Positions 1 to 8,198 of a stretch of 64,000 nucleotides of DNA are shown here, in pieces. The stretch is from a virus (lineage: Duplodnaviria; Caudoviricetes). Location: positions 438 to 64,437 of IMG/VR virus record IMGVR_UViG_3300009680_000012; one strand, 5' to 3'. The notes below the pieces were generated by a model. That model saw only the letters and a program-made list of their open reading frames with translations, did no database searches and had not been told where the DNA came from. Both the position numbers and the translations under genes were made by a program. Position 1 is the first letter of the stretch, and each line of letters starts with the position of its first letter.

Positions 1-22
1 GAATATTGGATGTAATCATCAG

Positions 23-236
23 CGGACCGAAATGTAAAAATTAAGCGATGTGGAATTATGCAATGTATTTAGCCCCGATAATTCGGGGTTTTTATGCTTA
101 GCTTACTTTTGTCGATTGCGATTAATGGCCGCCTTGACATTAAGCAATCGCAAGTGTAAAAATTTATTCATATAACCGACTAAAGTGGTAGAAAATAAGC
201 GATGTATCGGACCGAAAAACAGAAAATAAGCGATGT
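23..236 (+). repeat. Three copies of an ACCGA..AAAA(T)TAAGCGATGT motif
   Basis: TAAGCGATGT at 42-51, 196-205 and 227-236, each preceded by an A-run and an ACCGA element; copies 2 and 3 are 31 bp apart. Confidence 0.8.
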
Positions 237-275
237 AAATTAATTGGAAATTGGGCTTACCCCCGTGTGGGGAAT

Positions 276-282
276 TGTCGAA
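276..282 (+). promoter_or_regulatory. Spo0A box (TGTCGAA)
   Basis: Exact match to the TGNCGAA 0A consensus, intergenic, upstream of the first plus-strand gene; a one-mismatch TGTCGAT lies at 110-116. Confidence 0.45.
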
Positions 283-401
283 AAGTTTTTGTTGTTGTTT
301 GGTTTACATTTGTATATAATATATATAATATAAGTAAGGATATTAGGGTAAGGCACACAAGACACACGAAACAGATATAAAACAGAGGGGAGGAAGTTGG
401 T

Positions 402-548
402 ATGCTTAAGAAAATACTTGTGGATGTTCCAGAAGAAGTGCATTTCAAGATTAAAAGTGTTGCGCTACAAAGGAGAAGCACGTTAAGAGACTGTGTAATT
501 GAAGCGTTGGTACAGTGGGTTGAGCGTTATTATGGGAAGGAGGGTTAA
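402..548 (+). CDS. Ribbon-helix-helix DNA-binding protein (48 aa, CopG/ParG-like)
   Basis: Translated by hand: MLKKILVDVPEEVHFKIKSVALQRRSTLRDCVIEALVQWVERYYGKEG; beta-strand + two helix RHH pattern; GGGGAGG RBS; below the ORF-track cutoff. Confidence 0.75.
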   Translation: MLKKILVDVPEEVHFKIKSVALQRRSTLRDCVIEALVQWVERYYGKEG

Positions 549-554
549 TCACCT

Positions 555-1760
555 GTGGCTATGAAAGGGATACCCCCGGACTTTGACCATGACGAGTTCT
601 GTAAAGCTGTGGCTGTCATAGTTAGGTTTAGTAAGAGTGGTTTTGTGGGAGATTACAATGTGTTTAAGAACCATGCGGATAGTATTGTGGGGTATAAAGT
701 TGTACAAAAACTACATAGTAGAACAATTGGTAGGTTGCTGGTTTTTAATAAGGAAAAATTATACCAGGAGTATCGAATTAAGCTGCACTTATTTAGACAT
801 TCAGGGAAAAGTTACATGCGGTTAAACTTTGCTAGTGAGGCGGGAGAACTTAAAGTTGTGCAGGATTTCGCTAGAAAGTTTCCACAGGGGCGCGGTAGAC
901 CGCGTAAACTTTGGGGAAGAACCAATATGAAGGAACAAAGAGACAGTGTTAGGCCGTATAAACCGTTAGTTAACGCTATTGTTTATATGTCAGAGCATGA
1001 TTTTGAGAGGGTGTGGGTAGGAAGGGTTAGTGAGTTGTGGGACGAACTTAATCAGATGCCGGGAGTCAGGGAACAGATGAAGGAGATTTATCCGGCTAAC
1101 CCACAAGTATTAGGAAAATATTTGAGAAAAGAAGCCGTTAAACATGAACTTGAGTTTAGGGGGGTTGAGTTAGAGTTTAAAAAAGTTACGGCTTCGAGAA
1201 GGAGGATACTTTACTTTTACAATAGGTTTAGGAGCGTTACAGATAAGTTAATAAGTCAAGCGGTAGAGGATTACGCCAACAAATTAGCCAGTGAAATATG
1301 GGAAGAAAAGAGAAAACCCAGGAAAAAAGTGAGAAAACCACCAAAGCACCCGGAGAAAAGCTTTGATGAACGGTTTGGTTTGCAGGCATACGTTGAGCCG
1401 CTACCGAAAAGCCGGGCAAACCCTGTGGAAACCGAAGAAGACCTTCCGAAAAGACGGGTAAAACCAGTAGAAACAGTGGAAGAGCTGCCTAAAAGGAAGG
1501 TTAAGCCACTTGTGGAGGAAGAATTACCCCGTAGAAGGGAGGATTTACCACCATTAATACCGAATTTTCCGGTTGCTGGAGAAGAACCGCCCCGGAAAAA
1601 GAAGAAAGAAGGTGCTAGTTTTGATTGGATGAAGTTTATGCAGGATCAGTACGCCGATGACCAGAAGTTTGAGGTTATAATTGACCCGGAATTGGCTAAT
1701 CACCCGGATAAAGACAGGATTATGGCAGAGTTAAAAGAGGAAAAGAGTAAGGAGGTTTGA
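555..1760 (+). CDS. Putative tandem winged-helix DNA-binding protein with low-complexity C-terminus
   Basis: WVGRVSELWDEL..YPANPQVLGKYLR..L..RGVELEF..RRRIL resembles wHTH domains found at the end of phage primase/helicases; repeated EELPKR(R/K)VKP units in the C-terminus. Confidence 0.5.
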   Translation: MAMKGIPPDFDHDEFCKAVAVIVRFSKSGFVGDYNVFKNHADSIVGYKVVQKLHSRTIGRLLVFNKEKLYQEYRIKLHLFRHSGKSYMRLNFASEAGELKVVQDFARKFPQGRGRPRKLWGRTNMKEQRDSVRPYKPLVNAIVYMSEHDFERVWVGRVSELWDELNQMPGVREQMKEIYPANPQVLGKYLRKEAVKHELEFRGVELEFKKVTASRRRILYFYNRFRSVTDKLISQAVEDYANKLASEIWEEKRKPRKKVRKPPKHPEKSFDERFGLQAYVEPLPKSRANPVETEEDLPKRRVKPVETVEELPKRKVKPLVEEELPRRREDLPPLIPNFPVAGEEPPRKKKKEGASFDWMKFMQDQYADDQKFEVIIDPELANHPDKDRIMAELKEEKSKEV

Positions 1761-1764
1761 GTTT

Positions 1765-1878
1765 ATGCTTGGATTAGGTAAGGCTGAAAAACTAAAATCG
1801 AAGGGACAAATGTGGTATCCAGAGATACAGGGCGAGGACTATGGACTGGTAATGGACGTATTCCAAAGTTGTTGTTAA
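1765..1878 (+). CDS. Small hypothetical protein (37 aa)
   Basis: AAGGAGG RBS then ATG; fills the gap between larger ORFs. Confidence 0.45.
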   Translation: MLGLGKAEKLKSKGQMWYPEIQGEDYGLVMDVFQSCC

Positions 1879-1916
1879 TCAGCAACACAATAAGCCGAAA
1901 GGGAGGGCACGACCCT

Positions 1917-2222
1917 GTGAAACAATTTAAAGAGAAGGGAACAGGTTATAAGACTGCCATTGATGACAAAAAGTTAGTTATTGAAATACCTATATCTACG
2001 CTTGTTTGTGCATTTAATTACTTACCCGATAATGCAGATGGGACAGTTGTAAAGCGTGGTAAAAAACAGGCATTTGCGGAACTTGTGGCTCAGCATCTAC
2101 ATGATGAAATTGATTCAGAAACGGGTGCCAGTTTTATTACTGATATGTTTGACAAATTATTTGTGGCTTTTAGCGACGGGTATATTGATACCTTAGATAT
2201 TATTAAATATCCAGAGGAATAG
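1917..2222 (+). CDS. Hypothetical protein
   Basis: ORF track 1812..2222; the GTG at 1917 follows an AAGGGAGGG RBS. Confidence 0.65.
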   Translation: MKQFKEKGTGYKTAIDDKKLVIEIPISTLVCAFNYLPDNADGTVVKRGKKQAFAELVAQHLHDEIDSETGASFITDMFDKLFVAFSDGYIDTLDIIKYPEE

Positions 2223-2269
2223 TCGATGCACCAACAGGTTAATCCGATTTAGTAGGCAAGTGTAATCTG

Positions 2270-2276
2270 TGTCGAA
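2270..2276 (+). promoter_or_regulatory. Spo0A box (TGTCGAA)
   Basis: Exact 0A consensus in the intergenic region upstream of the MazG-like gene. Confidence 0.4.
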
Positions 2277-2340
2277 ATAAAAAGTCCAACAGGGAAATCC
2301 GGATACCCAACAAAAGAAGAATTTGAAGGAGGTAAATAAT

Positions 2341-2682
2341 ATGAACTTTAATGAATATCAAAGGTTGGCGGCTAGAACAGATGTTCTTGTGGATTACGAT
2401 GAAATAGAAACAATACACGGTGCATTACTTAATGCTGCTATGGGAATGGTTGGTGAGTCTGGAGAGGTTATGGATCACTTAAAGAAGATTTTTTTCCAAG
2501 GACACGAAATAGATAAAGATAAATTTATAGAAGAAGCAGGGGATTGTTTGTGGTACATAGCTAAGTTGGCTCGGGTATGTGGTGTACGGTTAGAGGACGT
2601 AGCAATTAAGAATATAGAGAAGTTGAAAAAGAGATATCCTAATGGGTTCGAGGTTGATCGAAGTGTTAATCGAGAGGATTGA
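2341..2682 (+). CDS. MazG-like nucleoside triphosphate pyrophosphohydrolase
   Basis: MNFNEYQ..A..T, GMVGESGEVMDHLKK, EEAGDCLWY, NIEKLKKRYP are diagnostic of the phage MazG-like NTP-PPase family. Confidence 0.9.
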   Translation: MNFNEYQRLAARTDVLVDYDEIETIHGALLNAAMGMVGESGEVMDHLKKIFFQGHEIDKDKFIEEAGDCLWYIAKLARVCGVRLEDVAIKNIEKLKKRYPNGFEVDRSVNRED

Positions 2683-2695
2683 AGGGTAATGTTAA

Positions 2696-2724
2696 GCCCT
2701 TCTGGTTGGGGATTCCAGAAGGGC
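2696..2724 (+). terminator. 10-bp perfect hairpin after the MazG-like gene
   Basis: GCCCTTCTGG-N9-CCAGAAGGGC; no clean U-tract. Confidence 0.45.
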
Positions 2725-2861
2725 CTAGACATTGGGGTTTTGTAAAAACTGTAGAACTTTAAACAAAAACAGTTAGGAACCCTTTTGTTTTTGTTACTTT
2801 AAATGATAAGGGTAAGACAACCAGTGTGTCAAGTAAGAAATTAATGGAAGGAGGTTTTACA

Positions 2862-3143
2862 GTGAATGGTTATAGTAAACAAGATTTGTTAGGTATGCTT
2901 GAAGCAAAGAACCAACAGTTAGACGGCATTACGAAAACAGCCAATAGTTTAGTTAATTCTTTGATAGCATTCATTTTAATGGCTAACCCCAAAGACTTGA
3001 TGTTAGTTATTGACCCCAAAAATTACCCAGACATCAACAAATATCGACTTGAGTTTACTATCACAGACGAAGGTTACATGATGTATCAAGTTATACCGCC
3101 ACCAGACAAACCCCCCAAAAGTAAAATTATTCTACCTAATTAG
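2862..3143 (+). CDS. Hypothetical protein
   Basis: AAGGAGG RBS before the GTG at 2862. Confidence 0.7.
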   Translation: MNGYSKQDLLGMLEAKNQQLDGITKTANSLVNSLIAFILMANPKDLMLVIDPKNYPDINKYRLEFTITDEGYMMYQVIPPPDKPPKSKIILPN

Positions 3144-3147
3144 TAGG

Positions 3148-3175
3148 CACATTTGTAATACTTCTGCATATACTA
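3148..3175 (+). promoter_or_regulatory. Sporulation sigK/sigE-like promoter of the parM operon
   Basis: AC(3149-50)-N16-CATATACTA(3167-75) matches the sigK-type AC-N16-CATANNNTA consensus; followed by palindrome TAGTGTA-N7-TACACTA (3178-3198). Confidence 0.45.
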
Positions 3176-3211
3176 TGTAGTGTAAAAGTAATACACTAAA
3201 GGAGGTTACAA

Positions 3212-4084
3212 ATGGAGTATATCGGTATTGATGTAGGACGGCACACTACCAAGGCGGTAGGGGATAATGGTATTGTATATACCTTTCCCAGTAAAGTGGG
3301 TAGTGCCAGGGACTTGCGGTTGGATAGTAATTTGGATTATTTGGTTAATATTGAGGATACTGATTACTTTGTGGGCTGGTTGGCAGAAGAGGCCAGGGAT
3401 AAACGGGAAATGGCGAGTGCCAGTAAGTTGCATGATGAAACCAGGATACTTTTCCTAACTGCTTTCTGTCTGGCTTCTAATCGGGGCAGTCTTAATAATC
3501 CTTTGGTTACTGTGGGATTACCCATTGCACAGCGTACCCCGGAGAACAAAACCAAGTTACAAGAACTGCTTAACGGAGTGTGGGAGGTACAGGTAGGCGA
3601 TAAACCAGCTAAACTGTTTACCAATAACAATGATCTGGTTATTGTGGCCGAGGGGGTTGGTGCTTGGTTTGACCTGTTGCTGGATAACCAAGGAAGGATT
3701 AAGAATGAATCTTTGTTAGAGGTTCCGGTTATTAGGATACTGGATTTGGGGAGTCGTATGTTTAACTACTGTACCATATTAAAGGGCAGGGTACATGACC
3801 TGGACAGTGGCAGTTTAAACTATGGGTACATGGAAATGGAGCATGGGGATATCGTTGCGGAAGCGTTGGCTCGGAGACTGTTTGCTGACCTGACTAAAAG
3901 AATATCTTCCCTTAATAGGAATGATATGGTAATACTTTGCGGTGGTGGAGCATATAATATGAAAGAAGCGTTGGGGCAATACTTTAGTCAGTTAAAGTTA
4001 GTAGATGATCCGGTTACTACCAATGCCAAAGGTTACAGAAAGTTGGGAATTGTTTATGCCAATCAGAAAGGTAATCTACTTTAA
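3212..4084 (+). CDS. parM: ParM/StbA-family actin-like partition ATPase
   Basis: IGIDVGRHTTK (phosphate 1), VAEG (connect), ILDLGSR (phosphate 2), LCGGGA (adenosine) actin-fold motifs. Confidence 0.9.
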   Translation: MEYIGIDVGRHTTKAVGDNGIVYTFPSKVGSARDLRLDSNLDYLVNIEDTDYFVGWLAEEARDKREMASASKLHDETRILFLTAFCLASNRGSLNNPLVTVGLPIAQRTPENKTKLQELLNGVWEVQVGDKPAKLFTNNNDLVIVAEGVGAWFDLLLDNQGRIKNESLLEVPVIRILDLGSRMFNYCTILKGRVHDLDSGSLNYGYMEMEHGDIVAEALARRLFADLTKRISSLNRNDMVILCGGGAYNMKEALGQYFSQLKLVDDPVTTNAKGYRKLGIVYANQKGNLL

Positions 4085-4286
4085 TGACCGTGATCCGGTG
4101 TTACTGGAACACATTAAACGTCAAGAAAACTTTAGTGCTTACATTAGACGGTTAATATTACAAGATTTGCATAACAATGATCTTCGTACTATTTTAAGGG
4201 AAGAACTTAAACATCTGACGTTAACAAACGATGTGGAGAGTAAGTCTATTAAACTGCCTAAGTATTTGTTGGATAACGTTTTCTAA
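4056..4286 (+). CDS. ParR-like ribbon-helix-helix adaptor
   Basis: Overlaps the parM end; RKVIYFN..D..LLEHI...NFSAYIRRLILQD is an RHH pattern typical of ParM partner proteins. Confidence 0.7.
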   Translation: MPIRKVIYFNDRDPVLLEHIKRQENFSAYIRRLILQDLHNNDLRTILREELKHLTLTNDVESKSIKLPKYLLDNVF

Positions 4287-4299
4287 GGAGTGACAGCAA

Positions 4300-4506
4300 T
4301 TGTGGAAACAGTACATACTATATCTAGTACGTTGGCAATTAAGTACCCCAATACTTGCTATAGTTATGGTGTACTTAGCTTACCTGGGGGAATGGCGCGC
4401 AGCAGTTATTAGTAATTTAATAGGGGGTTTAATCTTTTTCTGGTTGGATAGGCTAATATTTACACTAGGGGGTACACATGGAAACAGTGCTATTGGTAAA
4501 AGATGA
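4300..4506 (+). CDS. Small membrane protein
   Basis: Two hydrophobic segments; AAGGAG RBS. Confidence 0.7.
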   Translation: MWKQYILYLVRWQLSTPILAIVMVYLAYLGEWRAAVISNLIGGLIFFWLDRLIFTLGGTHGNSAIGKR

Positions 4507-4624
4507 CAGTTTACCGTCGGGGGGTGTGTTGTTTGTTGACGTAATGCTTTTTTGGGGTAAATACTTGGACAAGGATGACAAGCTAAAGAGTGTTTTACTT
4601 TATAATTTTTAAGGAGGTGTCTTT

Positions 4625-5002
4625 GTGAAAACAAGCGAAATGCTGGCAATGATTGAGAAGAATCCTGCACTAAGGTTCAGGGATGCTAACGGTAAAGTAC
4701 AAGATATAAGGATAAATATTATTGGAGCTATTATGCATCCTGATGGATCGTTGGCTGAGCTTAATAGTAGTTTTATGTATGCTGATTGGATAATAATTCA
4801 AAAATCTGTAACATGGCCGGAAGCTGTACACGCCTGGGTTTTTGGCGAAAAAACAATACGTTGCGAACTTAATGATGTAGGTAAAGGTACTACCAGTACG
4901 GTTTATAAAAAGTCTAAGGGTACGTTACAAGATACATTTGGATGCGCACCTACTAGAGAAGAAATAAGGAATGGTGTTTGGTACATAGAAGAAGATTGTT
5001 AA
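4625..5002 (+). CDS. Phage hypothetical protein
   Basis: AAGGAGGTG RBS and GTG start. Confidence 0.75.
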   Translation: MKTSEMLAMIEKNPALRFRDANGKVQDIRINIIGAIMHPDGSLAELNSSFMYADWIIIQKSVTWPEAVHAWVFGEKTIRCELNDVGKGTTSTVYKKSKGTLQDTFGCAPTREEIRNGVWYIEEDC

Positions 5003-5015
5003 GGAGGTGATGCCC

Positions 5016-5054
5016 ATGCCAAACGGAATACCATATCCCACAGAAATATTGTGA
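5016..5054 (+). CDS. Candidate 12-aa micropeptide MPNGIPYPTEIL
   Basis: Perfect AAGGAGGTGA RBS at 5001-5010, ATG at 5016, TGA at 5052-5054. Confidence 0.45.
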   Translation: MPNGIPYPTEIL

Positions 5055-5086
5055 CTACGCCACCACAGCCTAACCACAATCATCCA

Positions 5087-5115
5087 GCATAGTGTTCTTA
5101 AAACTGAGCATACTA
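5087..5115 (+). promoter_or_regulatory. Forespore sigG-like promoter of the SASP gene
   Basis: GCATA(5087-91)-N17-CATACTA(5109-15) matches the sigG consensus GHATR-N17/18-CATWHTA. Confidence 0.6.
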
Positions 5116-5135
5116 TACCCAGGAGGTGAGGAAAG

Positions 5136-5306
5136 CTGAGTAATCAGCAATTGGATAGGCTGAAAGCGGAGGTACTGCAATCTACGGGTATAGGAAGTAA
5201 GGTAAGGGATGGTTACTGGGGGAACGTGCCATCTAAGGATTGTGGGGCTGTCGGTGGCGAAATGGTTCGGCGAATGATTGCGTTTGCTTCACAGAATATG
5301 CGGTAA
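5136..5306 (+). CDS. Alpha/beta-type small acid-soluble spore protein (56 aa, CTG start)
   Basis: Hand translation LSNQQLDRLKAEVLQSTGIGSKVRDGYWGNVPSKDCGAVGGEMVRRMIAFASQNMR contains the SASP signatures (L(K)xE(V/I) and GYWGxxxSxxCGxVGGxMVRRMI); AGGAGGTG RBS; an in-frame stop just upstream forces the CTG start; missed by the ORF track. Confidence 0.9.
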   Translation: MSNQQLDRLKAEVLQSTGIGSKVRDGYWGNVPSKDCGAVGGEMVRRMIAFASQNMR

Positions 5307-5309
5307 CTT

Positions 5310-5336
5310 TAAAGGGGCAGGTTAACTGCCCCTTTA
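5310..5336 (+). terminator. Hairpin terminator after SASP
   Basis: TAAAGGGGCAG-GTTAA-CTGCCCCTTTA, 11-bp perfect stem. Confidence 0.7.
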
Positions 5337-5354
5337 GTCTGGAGGTATGAGGTT

Positions 5355-5747
5355 GTGCGAGGAAACACGCATATTTGGTTTGGGGTTAGCTCAGCCCTTC
5401 TTTTATTTCATCCCCCCTTGTGGAGTTACGCTCTAGTTGGTTTGGGTTCTTTGTTACCTGACGTAGATCACAAGAACAGTCCGGTAGGTATTCTTCCCTG
5501 CATTAAGCACCGTACAGTCACACACTCTTTGTTAGCCTGTGGGTTGGCCTTACTCATTAACCCCTGGTTGGGGTTGGGGTATGTGTCTCATGTTTTGCTT
5601 GATATGCTTAATCCTACTGGATGCCCCCTACTGTGGCCTTACACCAAGAAATTTAGTGTTGGTAGTATCAAAACCGGGAGTAAGGTCGAAACAATCTTTC
5701 GTAACGGTTTGAAGATGATTATGCTTACCATAATCCTTTTTCCTTGA
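5355..5747 (+). CDS. YdjM-like membrane-bound metal-dependent hydrolase
   Basis: MRGNTH, GSLLPDVDH, HRTVTHSL, SHVLLDMLNPTGCPLLWP motifs. Confidence 0.9.
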   Translation: MRGNTHIWFGVSSALLLFHPPLWSYALVGLGSLLPDVDHKNSPVGILPCIKHRTVTHSLLACGLALLINPWLGLGYVSHVLLDMLNPTGCPLLWPYTKKFSVGSIKTGSKVETIFRNGLKMIMLTIILFP

Positions 5748-6396
5748 TGTTAGCTATTGTTTTCACCACAAAGGTAAGCCCTTCCACATTTTCACTTTCG
5801 ATTTTGTTGCTGATGGCTTTGGCGCGTTTGTCGGTGGTAGTTACTATGTATATAATAGGAAACAATTCACCCTGGACTGCGTACTTGGTATCTAACCAAA
5901 CATCTGTTCGATAAAGTTCTGTGTACTTCTGGATTTTGTCAAACTTACTCAGGGCCACTGTTCCGAGATCAGTTTCCAAGAATAGGGTTCTTCTTTTATC
6001 CAGGGTAACTTTGAGAACCACAAAGGCATCTGGTTGTATCTGTCCACTATTCCATTTAAGACATGGCTCTAATTCAAAGGTTTCAATGCTTTGCCAGGAG
6101 TTTTTATGGTTCTCAGTTGCTACGTAAACCTCATTAATGCTCAGCCAGTGGTGTACTTTGAAACTGGGTTTACCTTCATGGACGTAGTAGACGTATCCCA
6201 ATTCTTTGGCCAGATAGTACCTGTTAATGTACTTTCTTTCATACAGACTTTGTAGTTTTCTTCTGGATAGACGCAGGCTTTGTGACTTCTTACCATATAC
6301 CATATCAGCCACATGTTTACTGGTTAGGTAGCTGTGGTTACTAAGCAGGTCAACAATTTGCATATCATAATTAAATCCCTTCTGGTAATTGTTCAT
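5725..6396 (-). CDS. Replication-relaxation (Replic_Relax) family protein
   Basis: N-terminal wHTH (LTSKHVADMVY..RRKLQSLYERKYI), HWLSINEVY, PDAF..FLETDLGT..KIQKY motifs. Confidence 0.8.
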   Translation of the reverse strand: MNNYQKGFNYDMQIVDLLSNHSYLTSKHVADMVYGKKSQSLRLSRRKLQSLYERKYINRYYLAKELGYVYYVHEGKPSFKVHHWLSINEVYVATENHKNSWQSIETFELEPCLKWNSGQIQPDAFVVLKVTLDKRRTLFLETDLGTVALSKFDKIQKYTELYRTDVWLDTKYAVQGELFPIIYIVTTTDKRAKAISNKIESENVEGLTFVVKTIANIKEKGLW

Positions 6397-7225
6397 GGGT
6401 TAGAATTCCTTTCCTCCTTTGCTTAACATTTTCTGGTGCTGTCTTTTCCACAATAACTTTGGCTTTGTTAAGCCAGTTAAGAGCTTCTTCTTCCTCCAGG
6501 TAGATGGTTTGAAATTCGGTTTGCGTTAAACCATGTTGCAGGATACCCCTGCCGGGGAGGGCTGGTAATTCTGCGGCGAAATCTCCGTCAGTAACTATTT
6601 GGGAATTGATACGGTTGCGTACCCTGAAAGCTACGGTAACTGGTATATTGGCTTTGATGTACCCCGGTAAGGAATCCTTATCCGGGCGTTGGGTACAAGC
6701 TATTACGTGAATTCCAGCGGCCCGGCCTAGTCTGGTTATTCTATCCAGTTCATTATGGAAAGCCAGCTTCATTCTTTTGACATCAGCCCGAGGTTCTCTT
6801 GTACCGATAGCGAATTCAGACAGTTCATCAATCACTACAATGTGGTGTGGTATCTGGGTCATTCTAGTGCAATACTTATCAATGCAGGTTACTCCAGCTT
6901 CTTCAAACATAGTGTATCTACCATCTATTTCCTGGTTTATGTCTGATAGAGTATTAATGGCCGTGGTTAGGCTCAAGGCCACCTTTTCTGTGTGTACGGT
7001 ATTTTTGAAAATCGACAATTCTACTTTTTTGAGGTCTATCAGATGTAGTTGCACCTGCCTTGGGTTGTACGTCAGTAGTAAGTAAGTTAGCAACTGTCTT
7101 AGGTAGGTACTTTTTCCAGCCCCGGTCAGCCCGGCTACTAGAACGTGACAGCTTGTGGGTTTGGTTATGTCGATTACTTTTACGCCTTTTCTGGTTAAGC
7201 CGATAACTAGATATAAGTTTTTCAT
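6371..7225 (-). CDS. FtsK/SpoIIIE-family ATPase domain
   Basis: HVLVAGLTGAGKS (Walker A), LIDLKKVEL, VVIDELSE (Walker B), LGRAAGIHVIACTQRP. Confidence 0.95.
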   Translation of the reverse strand: MKNLYLVIGLTRKGVKVIDITKPTSCHVLVAGLTGAGKSTYLRQLLTYLLLTYNPRQVQLHLIDLKKVELSIFKNTVHTEKVALSLTTAINTLSDINQEIDGRYTMFEEAGVTCIDKYCTRMTQIPHHIVVIDELSEFAIGTREPRADVKRMKLAFHNELDRITRLGRAAGIHVIACTQRPDKDSLPGYIKANIPVTVAFRVRNRINSQIVTDGDFAAELPALPGRGILQHGLTQTEFQTIYLEEEEALNWLNKAKVIVEKTAPENVKQRRKGILTHEQLPEGI

Positions 7226-7694
7226 TGTTGCTGTTTCTTAACACCTCCGCTAGTTTTTGGTCAAACTTAATTTGATCCGGGAGTTCCCCTACCGCAGCAG
7301 AAATTTTAAGCCGTCTACCCCGGACACTGAATTGTAATTCTGAACAAGTGTTTTCTTCCAGTACCTTGCGTTTCTTTTCAAAGTCAGCCAGGGATAACCC
7401 GTAGGGTAGCATGTAAACTAACTCCCAACCGTAAGCAGTTTTCTTTTTCTTCATTAGTTTAGGAGTTTTCTTGACTCCATTAACTTCTTTAGTTAGTTCA
7501 GAATATTTCATAGATTCACGCATACGCCGGGTAAAAGGAGCATACTTGTGGTTAATGTAAGATACCCCGATCCCAGTTAAGATACCTGCCCCGGTACACT
7601 TACTAAAATAGGTGCTTAAAGTGTGGGGGCTGTTGTTCCAGGTAGTAATCCAGTAATCATACAGACTAGGAGCAGTTAAGAAAGTGAAATCCAT
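6954..7694 (-). CDS. N-terminal (membrane anchor/alpha) part of the FtsK-like translocase
   Basis: Hydrophobic N-terminal segment and ELVYMLPYGLSLADFEKK..LE motif; runs 272 nt into the ATPase gene in another frame. Confidence 0.55.
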   Translation of the reverse strand: MDFTFLTAPSLYDYWITTWNNSPHTLSTYFSKCTGAGILTGIGVSYINHKYAPFTRRMRESMKYSELTKEVNGVKKTPKLMKKKKTAYGWELVYMLPYGLSLADFEKKRKVLEENTCSELQFSVRGRRLKISAAVGELPDQIKFDQKLAEVLRNSNNEKLISSYRLNQKRRKSNRHNQTHKLSRSSSRADRGWKKYLPKTVANLLTTDVQPKAGATTSDRPQKSRIVDFQKYRTHRKGGLEPNHGH

Positions 7695-7695
7695 T

Positions 7696-7785
7696 TTACC
7701 ACCACCAATCATCCACAATGTGGAATACTGTGTAGCTCATAGTTAGGTACCAGATAAAGCCTGAAATGATGTATTCAGTGGGCAT
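7696..7785 (-). CDS. Small hydrophobic peptide (29 aa)
   Basis: AGGAGG RBS; MPTEYIISGFIWYLTMSYTVFHIVDDWWW; stop abuts the next ATG. Confidence 0.55.
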   Translation of the reverse strand: MPTEYIISGFIWYLTMSYTVFHIVDDWWW

Positions 7786-8053
7786 TTTTTAATTCCTCCT
7801 TAACTTTTTTAATAACGGCATTGTCATAACGATCCTTGGAGTTAAAGACTTTTCCGTTTTCAAACTTGACAGTTATTCCTTCAGTAGTTTTTTCTATGAT
7901 AATTGGCCCTTTGATTTTTTCTTTGTAAATTATGTAACCAGTAGTGGGGCTGGATAATTCTACTTGAACCGCTTTAGGGTAATAGCAATTGTTAATAACT
8001 GTCATTATCTGTAGTCCAGCAGCTAATACTAAAATTGGCATAGCTTGGTACAT
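7775..8053 (-). CDS. Hypothetical protein with N-terminal signal/TM segment
   Basis: AGGAGGG RBS; hydrophobic N-terminus. Confidence 0.65.
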   Translation of the reverse strand: MYQAMPILVLAAGLQIMTVINNCYYPKAVQVELSSPTTGYIIYKEKIKGPIIIEKTTEGITVKFENGKVFNSKDRYDNAVIKKVKEELKNAH

Positions 8054-8198
8054 AGTGTTTTTATTTTTCCCTCCTTTCTGTTCAACATTTCCTTTTATAG
8101 TTTTGAAATAAGCTCATAACACCCCCAATAAAACAGCATCTAGTATACCTTTTAAAAACAATGTTAAATAGAAACTACTTCATATATTTAGGTATTAC

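Noticed and set aside
23-236. Possible mini-CRISPR array from the TAAGCGATGT repeats
   Set aside because: Conserved cores are only ~10-15 bp with irregular spacing (154 and 31 bp); no cas genes
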